The translations under genes and the position numbers were made by a program. Shown here piece after piece: positions 26,972 to 35,755 of a DNA stretch of 64,000 bases. The notes beneath the pieces were generated by a model. It was not told the DNA's origin. It made no database searches and worked only from the letters and a program-made list of their open reading frames with translations. Source of the stretch: Thalassolituus maritimus (GTDB lineage Bacteria > Pseudomonadota > Gammaproteobacteria > Pseudomonadales > Oceanobacteraceae); the NCBI RefSeq assembly GCF_913019975.1, contig NZ_CAJWBH010000015.1. One strand, written 5' to 3'. Position 1 is the first letter of the stretch; each line of letters opens with the position of its first letter.

Positions 26972-28942
26972 TTGATGCAGAGACTATTTCTTCTACTTCT
27001 GTTGGCTCCGCTGGCTTTGTTCAGTGTGGGCCTATACGCAGAGGGCTTGTCAGAAGACGATATCGATTTTGATCTTGATGATATCGAAGGTATCGGTGTC
27101 AACGAAGACGCTGAGAAACGACTTCTGCGCGGTAATTTTTATTATTCCTATCTCATCGGTGAGTATTACCAGACGCTTTACTATCTACGCGAATGGAAAG
27201 AGCTTATTGGTAGCGACACGACGCCAGAGACTGAAGCTGAAGTTATGAGGGCTGCCGTCTATCTGTCGCTGGGGTTGGAGGATCAGGCAGAAGATCTCTT
27301 TTACGCTGTATTTGAAGAGGGCGGAAGTGCATCTGGAGACGCCTGGTATTTTTTGACGCAACGTCTTTTCAACGCAGGTTTTTATGGTCGTGCAGAGCAG
27401 GCTGCACGGAATGCACTTGCTGCATCGCCTGCTCTCAGCCGACGTTATGATCAGGAGCTTTCTTACCTCCTGGCCAGTAGTATCAGTGAGCAGGACCGGG
27501 TAGAAGAAGCTCAGGTTGTAGTTAAGAGCATGGAAGACGCGAGTATCTGGACGGGTTACGCGCGCTACAACCTTATTCTGGCGATGGTTCGTCAGAATTT
27601 CAGAAGTCGCGACATCGAAGCGACCATCGATGAGGCAATTTTCTACTTACCAGACAACGAAGAAGGCACGGCTCTGCGTGATCGTATTCTGCTGATTTCT
27701 GGTATAGCTGCGATGGAGCGGGATAAGCACGCAATGGCTAATCGTTATTTTTCGGACGTGACGCTGGAATCTGTATTTACTCCGCCCGCCTTATTGCACC
27801 ACGGATGGAATCTTTTGGCTCAGTGGCGCTATGAAGATGCTATTCAGCCATGGCGTATCCTGCAGCAGCTTTACGATGAATATCATCCTGCGGTTGTTGA
27901 ATCCTACCTTGCAGTACCTCACACACTTGAGCTGGTCGATGCTGTCAATCAGTCTGTGCTTGCATATGAACGTGTTGAGGAACGCTTGACTGAGATGGTC
28001 GGGGAGCTGAAACAACTCAATCAGGAAGAGTCACTGGGAAATTGGCTACATGAGTGGCGCCAGTCAAATGAAGCTGAGAATTGGGGCTGGCAGAGACAGG
28101 CGCTTGGTGATCTGCCACAGAGCCAGGTAACGCGTTTTGCTCAGGGGTTACTGAAAGAAGAGGCGTTTACGCAAGAGTTAGCGCGCCTTCATGACCTTGA
28201 TCGTATCCGCGCTGACCTCGCAGAAGCGATGCGTGAGTTGACCTTGTGGGAAGATATCCTCGTCCAGCGCCGGGAAAATCTTGAAGCGATGGGGGGGGAG
28301 GCTCTGCTGGAACAACTGGAAGAGCGTCAGATGGATGTTCTTCGGAGCATTCTTGCTGTTCAGGACAGACTCCTGGACGAGGATGAAACGGTTTTCTCTT
28401 ACGCATCCAGAAGTGATGAAGCGCGAATCGAGCGTTTAAGAAGTGTCGTTCCTGCGGTTACTCTGCTCCAGAAAATAGGTACGCCGACCCGTGATCTCGC
28501 GCCATACAAAGAGCGCTGGCGGCGAATGAGGGGGCTGCAGCTCTGGTCGATATATGAAGCGCAGCCTCAACGTAAATGGGATACCGAGCGCGACCATATG
28601 ATATTGCGCTCTGAAACTGACAAGTTATTCCGTCAATTAGAGAATACGCGTACCTCCCTGATCTGGGCTGACAGTTCATGGCGCGGATTTCCTGAACGTG
28701 TCGGTCAGTTGCAGCAAAGAGTTGCCGCGCTGGACTCTGATGTCGCCGGGATCCAGCGTGATCAGGAAGCACTTCTCACAGAAATGACAAAACAGCATCT
28801 GACAGAGCTCGATGAACGCCTGACGCTTTATCTCGCACAGGCACGCCTGGCGCTGGCTCGGCTCTACGACGATTCACTACAGAATGAATTTGGCTCACTC
28901 GAATATGAGCCGGAAAATGAAAAACAGGAGGCGGTTAAGTAA
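26972..28942 (+). CDS. exported TPR and coiled-coil protein (GltC-like position)
   Basis: Signal peptide; TPR-like helices; C-terminal 'LAQARLALARLYD'. Confidence 0.7.
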   Translation: MMQRLFLLLLLAPLALFSVGLYAEGLSEDDIDFDLDDIEGIGVNEDAEKRLLRGNFYYSYLIGEYYQTLYYLREWKELIGSDTTPETEAEVMRAAVYLSLGLEDQAEDLFYAVFEEGGSASGDAWYFLTQRLFNAGFYGRAEQAARNALAASPALSRRYDQELSYLLASSISEQDRVEEAQVVVKSMEDASIWTGYARYNLILAMVRQNFRSRDIEATIDEAIFYLPDNEEGTALRDRILLISGIAAMERDKHAMANRYFSDVTLESVFTPPALLHHGWNLLAQWRYEDAIQPWRILQQLYDEYHPAVVESYLAVPHTLELVDAVNQSVLAYERVEERLTEMVGELKQLNQEESLGNWLHEWRQSNEAENWGWQRQALGDLPQSQVTRFAQGLLKEEAFTQELARLHDLDRIRADLAEAMRELTLWEDILVQRRENLEAMGGEALLEQLEERQMDVLRSILAVQDRLLDEDETVFSYASRSDEARIERLRSVVPAVTLLQKIGTPTRDLAPYKERWRRMRGLQLWSIYEAQPQRKWDTERDHMILRSETDKLFRQLENTRTSLIWADSSWRGFPERVGQLQQRVAALDSDVAGIQRDQEALLTEMTKQHLTELDERLTLYLAQARLALARLYDDSLQNEFGSLEYEPENEKQEAVK

Positions 28943-31749
28943 TGTTGCACCGTTTCATACTGTTAGTAATGTTCGTAGTAGTCAGCTCTGGCTGTAGTTG
29001 GTTTGGTAAAAAAGACGAACGTAAGTACCTGTCAGACATTGGTACGCTTACCGTTCGCACAGCGTCCGATGAACCTCTTGGAGTTGATCATCGTGATGTA
29101 ATTCGCAGCTATAAATCCTATCTCGAAGTGTCGACTGATCCTGAGTTGCGGGTTCGTGTGGCGCACCGCATTGCCGGCCTGAAACTGCAGTGGGACGAGA
29201 TCCGAATGGATCAGTTTGGTGATGATATCGATGCAATGGTCGAAGAAGACCGGGAAATGGCAGAGGCGTCGATTGGTGACTATGAAACTCTTCTTGAGCT
29301 CTATCCTGACCGCATAGACAACGACACCATCTACTATCAGCTGGCGAAAGCGTATTCGTTGGCTGGTCGACAGAATCAGGCCATCGCTGTGCTGGAAGAA
29401 TTAACTGAGCGCTACCCTGAGTCTATTTACTATCTTGAATCGCAATTCCGACTGGGAAGAATGCTTTATAACGTTAGTGATTTCGAAGCTTCGGAAAGTC
29501 GCTTCACCCAGGTCGTAGAGTTCGGTCCCGAAGGTAATCCGTATTACCTTGATGCGCAGTATTTCTGCGGCTGGGCATTGTTTAAGCAAAATCGACTGGA
29601 AGATAGTCTGCTCTCCTTTACGGAAATGATTGATGAACACTTCCCGGATGATGAAACGCTGATGGCCGCAGACGGAGCCGAACTGGAAGTATTGAATGAT
29701 ACGCTTCGGATCATGGCATTGATGTTTGATTATCTCGGCGACTGGAACGAAATTGCTCGTTTCTACGATGAACATGGAACCCGGTATTTCGAATATCGGA
29801 TTTATGCCGAACTGTCTAATCAGTATTACGAAAAGAAATACTTCAAAAGCTCGGCATCAACCCTTCGTGCATTTGTAGATCGTTTCCCAGATGACGATCG
29901 AGCCCCGCTTTATTATCGTCGTCTGATTTCAGGATATGAAAAAGCCGGTTATCCGATGCTGCGCAGAAAGCACAAAGAGGTCTTTATCGAACGTTTCGGT
30001 GTTGGTTCACCTTATTGGGAAACGCATGGTGAAGAAGTACGCACTCTGATCACCGTTGCTTTGGGCGACTATATCTGGGATCTCGCTACATTTGCGCACG
30101 GCTGGGGGCAGCAAACGAAATCAGCGAGTGACAAACGCGAGCGATTGGAGCAGGCCGCTGGCTGGTATCGTGAATATATCCGCTCATTTCCCAAGGCGCC
30201 GGATGCTGTAAAAGCACATTTTTTATTGGCTGAAATTTCATACGAAATCGGCAATTACGATGACGCGCGCAATAACTTTGAAATCGTTGCTTATCAGTAT
30301 CCTTTCTACGAAAACGCGGCAGAGGCTGGTTATGCAGCATTGTTGGCTTATAACAAATACAAGCCTACACCAGAGGAAGAGGCGCGCTGGCGCCAGCTGA
30401 CTGTAGCCAGTGCAAAACGTTTTGTGCTCGAATTTCCGCAGGATGAACGACGTGGAACCGTCTTGGTGAATACTGCAGAGATGCTTCTCGCGGATGAATA
30501 TTATGGCCAGGCGTTAACTACGGCCCGGCTTGCACAGGAAAGTGGTGTTGAACTGCCTCCGCGCTATTCTTACGGAGCGTCATTGGTGCAGGGGCATTCA
30601 GCCTTTGAGCTAGGGAAGTTTGAAGAAGCAGAAGCAGCGCTTCTTGCTGCCTCTGAGTATCCAGAGTTGAATCGTAAGCAGCGCGCTGATCTTCGCCAGA
30701 AGTCAGCGGCTGCAATTTATAAACAGGGCGAAGCTGCGCGGGAAGAAAATCCAGAAGAAGCCGTAGCGCAATGGTTGCGGCTGGCGGAAGTTGTGCCAGA
30801 GAGTGACCTCCGTGAGAATGCGGAATACGATGCCGCCACACTGTTGATGCAGATCGAAGATTTTGCCCGAGCTGAAGAGGTGCTTCTTGGGTTCCGTGAA
30901 AATCATCCGAACAGTAAATTCTCGAACGATATTCGTAGCAAACTAATTATTGCTTATGAAGGTCAGGGCGAGTGGCGACAGGCAGCCTTTGAACTGAAGA
31001 CTATCTCGGACTCTGGCACGGATGATGAGGAGAAACGAATCGCCGCTTTCCAGTCGGCGGAGTATTTCGAGAAGGCCGAGGATTACGATAACGCTATCGT
31101 AATGTATCGACGCTATGCACATACGTACAAACGTCCTTTTGATCCCGCTATTGAAGCCCACTATAAGCTTGATCAGATATACGCAAAACTAGGTGAAGAA
31201 GAAAAACGCCGTTTCTGGTTAGACAAAATTATCAGTCTCCATTCTCGTGCTGGCGATGATAGAACAGATCGATCTCGTTATCTGGCCTCTAAGGCGGCCT
31301 TTGAGTTGGGTGAGTTTGATCGGCGCCGCTTCGACGATATAGAAATAACTCTGCCTCTGGCGAAAAGTATTGTGCGTAAGAACAACGCTATGCAAGGGGC
31401 GCTTAAACGTTATACCCAGGCCGTTGAGATGGAAGTTCTGGAATTTACTACGCCTGCGACTTTCCATATTGGTGATATGTATGCCAAGTTCAGTCGCGGT
31501 TTGATGGAATCTGAACGTCCAGCGGGCATGGACGAACTCGAAGAAGAAGAATACACCTTCCTGCTCGAGGATCAGGCATTTCCTCTGGAAGAAGCTGCGA
31601 TTGATATTCATCAGACCAATATCAGCAGGACCTATGATGGCCTCTATGATGAATGGGTTAAGAAAAGTTTCCGGTCTATGGCTAGATTGATGCCGGGCCA
31701 ATACGACAAACAAGAAAAAGCGGTGACCTATGTTGATCAGATTCGCTAG
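28942..31749 (+). CDS. large TPR lipoprotein (GltD/AgmU-like)
   Basis: Lipobox SSGC; many TPRs (YYQLAKAY, AHFLLAEI); C-terminal 'LEDQAFPLEEAAIDIH'. Confidence 0.72.
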   Translation: MLHRFILLVMFVVVSSGCSWFGKKDERKYLSDIGTLTVRTASDEPLGVDHRDVIRSYKSYLEVSTDPELRVRVAHRIAGLKLQWDEIRMDQFGDDIDAMVEEDREMAEASIGDYETLLELYPDRIDNDTIYYQLAKAYSLAGRQNQAIAVLEELTERYPESIYYLESQFRLGRMLYNVSDFEASESRFTQVVEFGPEGNPYYLDAQYFCGWALFKQNRLEDSLLSFTEMIDEHFPDDETLMAADGAELEVLNDTLRIMALMFDYLGDWNEIARFYDEHGTRYFEYRIYAELSNQYYEKKYFKSSASTLRAFVDRFPDDDRAPLYYRRLISGYEKAGYPMLRRKHKEVFIERFGVGSPYWETHGEEVRTLITVALGDYIWDLATFAHGWGQQTKSASDKRERLEQAAGWYREYIRSFPKAPDAVKAHFLLAEISYEIGNYDDARNNFEIVAYQYPFYENAAEAGYAALLAYNKYKPTPEEEARWRQLTVASAKRFVLEFPQDERRGTVLVNTAEMLLADEYYGQALTTARLAQESGVELPPRYSYGASLVQGHSAFELGKFEEAEAALLAASEYPELNRKQRADLRQKSAAAIYKQGEAAREENPEEAVAQWLRLAEVVPESDLRENAEYDAATLLMQIEDFARAEEVLLGFRENHPNSKFSNDIRSKLIIAYEGQGEWRQAAFELKTISDSGTDDEEKRIAAFQSAEYFEKAEDYDNAIVMYRRYAHTYKRPFDPAIEAHYKLDQIYAKLGEEEKRRFWLDKIISLHSRAGDDRTDRSRYLASKAAFELGEFDRRRFDDIEITLPLAKSIVRKNNAMQGALKRYTQAVEMEVLEFTTPATFHIGDMYAKFSRGLMESERPAGMDELEEEEYTFLLEDQAFPLEEAAIDIHQTNISRTYDGLYDEWVKKSFRSMARLMPGQYDKQEKAVTYVDQIR

Positions 31750-32572
31750 TGCGTTACTGATTCTATTATTGAGCGCCTGTGCGTCGAATAGGCCTGTAAT
31801 CCAGGATTCGGCAGAATTTGGCCCTGATGGTCAGCCCGTTGCTGAACCTCTTCCAGAGGGGTTTGAAAACGAATACCGTAATGGTTTGTCGCTTATGGAA
31901 GACGAACGCTTTGATGAGGCCTTGCAGCACTGGGCAGATATGTCAGTTGTTTTTGGTCAGTATCCGGGAGTGTGGAGTAACCTGGGACTCGCGCATTATC
32001 AGCGAGGCAATTATGAAGAGGCCGTCTCTGCTTATGAGCAGGTTGAAACTATAGACCCGACTTTTTGCCCGGTTCATGCGTTGAGCGGTGTAGCTTATCG
32101 TGAATTGGGGCGTTTTGATGATGCTCAAGCGAGTTATTACGCCGCCATTGATTGTGATCCCGATGACGGGCGTCACTATTATAATCTAGGTATTCTTCTG
32201 GATCTGTATCGTAACGACCTTGAAAGCGCGCTTGAATTTTATCGCAAGGCGCGTCGATTAATGCCGGATAACGAGCAGTTAAATATCTGGGTGATAGACC
32301 TTGCGCGTCGAGTCGGTGTCGACGAGGCTGATCCGGCGAGTGTTGATGAGTGGTATAGCTCGTTAAAAGCACCCGCCGACGAAACTACGGATGCGGTTAT
32401 ACAAGGCCAGGTAACCGACATTAATGCTTCAGAGGGTGTTATTGATGCAGAAGACTCTCAGGAAGTAGCACCCGCTGATGATGCGGTTATGCCTGAAGAG
32501 GCGGGTGAAGCCCCTGCCTCCCCTGAAACAGCAACTCCTGATCAAGGCACGGTCGAAGAGGAGGCATTATGA
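31730..32572 (+). CDS. TPR lipoprotein (GltE/AglT-like)
   Basis: Lipobox LSAC; SNLGLAHY, YNLGILLDLY; acidic tail. Confidence 0.72.
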   Translation: MLIRFASALLILLLSACASNRPVIQDSAEFGPDGQPVAEPLPEGFENEYRNGLSLMEDERFDEALQHWADMSVVFGQYPGVWSNLGLAHYQRGNYEEAVSAYEQVETIDPTFCPVHALSGVAYRELGRFDDAQASYYAAIDCDPDDGRHYYNLGILLDLYRNDLESALEFYRKARRLMPDNEQLNIWVIDLARRVGVDEADPASVDEWYSSLKAPADETTDAVIQGQVTDINASEGVIDAEDSQEVAPADDAVMPEEAGEAPASPETATPDQGTVEEEAL

Positions 32573-32883
32573 GATATCTGATAGCTTTGCTCATACCTCT
32601 GATGCTTATAAGTACAGAAGTGCTCTCTGCTGATGACGATGTTGTCCGTCTACAGGGCATGACAATTCGTGGAAATAGCGAAAACCCGAATGTCCTCTAT
32701 ATTAATGCCTGGCAGCCGCCTCCCGGAACGGGGCGGCTGTATGAACCAGTTACCAGCTTCAACCGTCACTGGTTTCGACCATTAACCCGTGACAGTCTGA
32801 AACGAGAGATACGTTATGGTAAGCGTTACAACGAAAAAGAGGATCACGTCACAAGGCTAAACGAAGTCCTCGAAATACAGTGA
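32569..32883 (+). CDS. small exported protein (GltF-like)
   Basis: Signal peptide; 'LQGMTIRGNSENPNVLYI'; lies between the TPR gene and exbB. Confidence 0.6.
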   Translation: MRYLIALLIPLMLISTEVLSADDDVVRLQGMTIRGNSENPNVLYINAWQPPPGTGRLYEPVTSFNRHWFRPLTRDSLKREIRYGKRYNEKEDHVTRLNEVLEIQ

Positions 32884-32985
32884 GCTGCGGTTTTTTCTGC
32901 AGAGAAATAATGGTTAAATCAGCCCGTGTGCAGCTTAATGAGCTGCCTATCAGAACAACAATAGTATCAGAACCGGAGATATCCA

Positions 32986-33642
32986 ATGGATTCCATCATT
33001 CGCTTCCTTCAGGAAGGTGGTGTGTTTATGTACCCGATTGCAATCATCATGGTAATCGGTCTCGCTGTCGCAATTGAGCGTTTGCTCGTCCTCGCAAAAG
33101 AAAAGTCGGGTAACCGTCGTGCTTTCGATGAGATGTACCCTATGCTGCAGAAACGTGATCTGCGCTCAGCACTCAACTACGCCAATAGCTCTGATACTCA
33201 TATCGCTAATATCTTTGCCGCTGGCATCCAGCGTATCCCGACTGCTCAACGTCGTGAAGAGGTTGAGTACGCATTGGAAGAAGGTCTGATGGAAGCGATT
33301 CCTCAGTTGGAGAAGCGTACGCCGTACATCGCGACACTTGCTAATATTGCAACCCTGATGGGCCTGCTGGGTACCATTATGGGTCTTATTGCGGCATTTA
33401 CCGCAGTAGCCAGCGCACCGGCTGCGGAAAAGGCTGAACTGCTATCGCAAAGTATTTCCGTTGCGATGAACACAACAGCATTTGGTCTGATTGCAGCCAT
33501 TCCACTGATTCTGCTTCACAGCTACCTGCAGACCAAAACATCTGAAATCGTCGACAGCATCGAGATGGCGGGCGTTAAGTTCCTAAATACCATCACGGAT
33601 AAAAAGGCAGGACAAAACGGCACTCCTTCAAATAACGGTTAA
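32986..33642 (+). CDS. MotA/TolQ/ExbB proton-channel protein (AglR-like)
   Basis: GGVFMYPI..IER; ATLMGLLGTIMGLIAAF; ISVAMNTTAFGL. Confidence 0.92.
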   Translation: MDSIIRFLQEGGVFMYPIAIIMVIGLAVAIERLLVLAKEKSGNRRAFDEMYPMLQKRDLRSALNYANSSDTHIANIFAAGIQRIPTAQRREEVEYALEEGLMEAIPQLEKRTPYIATLANIATLMGLLGTIMGLIAAFTAVASAPAAEKAELLSQSISVAMNTTAFGLIAAIPLILLHSYLQTKTSEIVDSIEMAGVKFLNTITDKKAGQNGTPSNNG

Positions 33643-33656
33643 TCAGGAGTCGTTCG

Positions 33657-34166
33657 ATGAGACGCCATAAGAAAATCAGAGAAGAGGCGGAACTCAACGT
33701 AACATCCTTCATGAACCTGATGATCGTACTGGTACCTGTGCTGTTGATGAACATGGTTTTTTCACAGCTGGCCGTACTGGATCTCAGGTTACCTTCTGGC
33801 GATGAGCCAGGTGCCGTTAACCCGGAGGATGTCACGCTTGAAGTGACGATCAGGAAGACAGGATTCACTCTCTCCCGGACCTATCAGGAAGAGACAGTTG
33901 AACTGGCTTCTATTCCTGCTCAGTCCGGAGAACTTGACTACGAAGGTCTTTCAAAGGCCCTTCAGAACGCCAAGAAGAATCCTGAGTTTGCAGAAAAAAG
34001 AGATATTACACTGCTCGCAGAGCCCAATACGGATTACCAGACACTGGTGACTGTGATGGACACGGTTCGCATTTACCCTGCCGTGGTAGCTGCGTCCCTG
34101 GTTGATGCTGTGCTGTTCCCGGATATTTCTCTGGGTGAAGCAGAAGCGCAGGAGGTGGCACCATGA
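33657..34166 (+). CDS. ExbD/TolR-family protein (TM Asp replaced by Asn)
   Basis: ELNVTSFMNLMIVLVPVLL; LLAEPNTDYQTLVTVMD. Confidence 0.85.
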   Translation: MRRHKKIREEAELNVTSFMNLMIVLVPVLLMNMVFSQLAVLDLRLPSGDEPGAVNPEDVTLEVTIRKTGFTLSRTYQEETVELASIPAQSGELDYEGLSKALQNAKKNPEFAEKRDITLLAEPNTDYQTLVTVMDTVRIYPAVVAASLVDAVLFPDISLGEAEAQEVAP

Positions 34167-34657
34167 AAATGTCACGTCGCGCTAAGCGCATGCAGCGTAA
34201 CCATAAACGTAATGCCAATAAAAACGGTCTGAATCTGACAGCCCTGATGGATATTTTCACCATTCTGGTGTTCTTCCTCATGGTGAATCAGTCAGAGGTG
34301 GAAGTGCAGAACACGGATAGCGTCGAGCTCCCTGTTTCTGTGTCAGAGAACAAGCCTGAGGAGCAACTGACAGTTCTGGTGACGGATACAGATCTGCTTG
34401 TGCAGGGACGTTCAGTAGCGCAACTGTCAGCGATTAAACAGGGTGAAGAAGAAATTATTCCTTCATTGCTCTCTGAACTTGAATATCAGGCCAGCCGTAC
34501 GCCAATCGCGGAAGGGGAAGACAGCCGTCCGGTAACGATTGTGGGTGACAAGGCAACGGAATACTCAGTTCTTAAAAGAATTATGAGTACCTGTGCCGAG
34601 TCTGGCTTTGCCAATATCTCACTGGCGGTAAACCAGAAGCAGCCGGGAGGTGCGTGA
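34163..34657 (+). CDS. ExbD/TolR-family protein (AglS-like)
   Basis: LNLTALMDIFTILVFFL; IVGDKATEYSVLKRIMSTC..GF. Confidence 0.88.
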   Translation: MKMSRRAKRMQRNHKRNANKNGLNLTALMDIFTILVFFLMVNQSEVEVQNTDSVELPVSVSENKPEEQLTVLVTDTDLLVQGRSVAQLSAIKQGEEEIIPSLLSELEYQASRTPIAEGEDSRPVTIVGDKATEYSVLKRIMSTCAESGFANISLAVNQKQPGGA

Positions 34658-35622
34658 TGAGTAGTATTTATCGCACTCCTGAGTTGCCGTGGACCGATGG
34701 CGAAGATGGTCGCCGCTTGTGGATGATCCTGGGCGTCCTGCTGGCATTGATGTTGTTGGTTGGTGTCGTGGTTCCGTTTATTGATCTGCCTGAAAAAGAC
34801 AGGTCTGAACTTGAGGAGCTGCCGCCGCAACTGGCCAAGGTCATTGAGCGTAAGAAGCTCGAGCTTCCTAAACCAAAGCCCGAGCCGAAGCCTCAACCTA
34901 AACCCGAGCCTAAGCCGGAACCCGAGCCCGAGCCGAAACCTGAACCTAAGCCTGAGCCAAAACCTCAGCCAAAGCCGGAACCTAAACCTAAACCCGAGCC
35001 TAAGCCGAAAGTTGAAGCAACAGAGCAGCAGCGTCAGGCAGCCAAGCAGAAAGCACGTGATGCAGTGGGTACCGAGGCACTTCAGGCTTTGAGTGACTTG
35101 CGTTCGGCGATTCCTACCACGGCACTGAGCACTTCAAGTTCGTCGCTCAGTACCAAAGGAACTCAGGCGACTAACGTCGGCTCAGTAGTGGATCGCACAG
35201 CGGCGAGCCGGGGTTCTGGTGGTGTTGATGTAGCATCGCTGACTAATGTTACGTCAGGAGAGAACCTTGGTGATCGCGCGACAACGACGGTTGAGGTGGC
35301 CGCAGAGGCGGTTGCCGCAGCAGAAGAGTCGAAGAAACGTAGCCAGGAAGAGCTCAGGCTGGTGTTTGAGGCATACAACGTACACTATGACAGGTTGTAT
35401 CGCCGGGCTTTACGTAAGAATCCAACGCTCGAGGGCTCTGTAACTCTTGCGCTGACGATTCAGCCGGATGGCTCAGTGACTTCCTGTAAAGCTGCGAAGA
35501 GCGAAATTAAAGACGCTCGACTGATCCGCAGTGTTGAACTCAAATGTCAGCAAATGGCGTTTGAAAGTCGACCTAACGTCGAGGTTACTAAGGTGGAATA
35601 TCCAATCCGCTTTAACCCTTGA
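34654..35622 (+). CDS. TonB-like energy transducer with AgmX/PglI-type C-terminal domain (GltG-like)
   Basis: N-terminal TM, PKPEP repeats, 'RS.EEL..VF....LY.RALRKNPTLEGSVTL.LTI.PDGSV'. Confidence 0.8.
   Translation: MMSSIYRTPELPWTDGEDGRRLWMILGVLLALMLLVGVVVPFIDLPEKDRSELEELPPQLAKVIERKKLELPKPKPEPKPQPKPEPKPEPEPEPKPEPKPEPKPQPKPEPKPKPEPKPKVEATEQQRQAAKQKARDAVGTEALQALSDLRSAIPTTALSTSSSSLSTKGTQATNVGSVVDRTAASRGSGGVDVASLTNVTSGENLGDRATTTVEVAAEAVAAAEESKKRSQEELRLVFEAYNVHYDRLYRRALRKNPTLEGSVTLALTIQPDGSVTSCKAAKSEIKDARLIRSVELKCQQMAFESRPNVEVTKVEYPIRFNP
34867..35010 (+). repeat. Pro-Lys/Pro-Glu coding repeat (periplasm-spanning linker)
   Basis: Degenerate cctaaacc/gagcc repeats encoding PKPKPEPKPQP... Confidence 0.85.
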
Positions 35623-35629
35623 TACCCAG

Positions 35630-35656
35630 AAGCCCGGCAGATGCCGGGCTTTTTTT
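35630..35656 (+). terminator. intrinsic terminator closing the Agl/Glt-like operon
   Basis: aagcccggca-ga-tgccgggctt plus T tract. Confidence 0.85.
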
Positions 35657-35755
35657 ATCCGTATCGGATACTGGCCCACTTGACGCAATGCCGCTAAACT
35701 CGAATGCAACGATGTCGGTTTACGCCGCAGATAATTTCAGTGAATGGAGATAGAG

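Noticed and set aside
32986-35622. Ordinary TonB-ExbBD iron-uptake or Tol-Pal operon
   Set aside because: No receptor, Fur box, tolB or pal is present; two ExbDs, an AgmX/PglI-type C-terminus and TPR lipoproteins fit the Agl/Glt-like class better.
35656-35670. tatccg-tat-cggata inverted repeat before fadD as a regulator site
   Set aside because: It is a single short repeat that matches no fatty-acid regulator consensus I can confirm; too weak to call.
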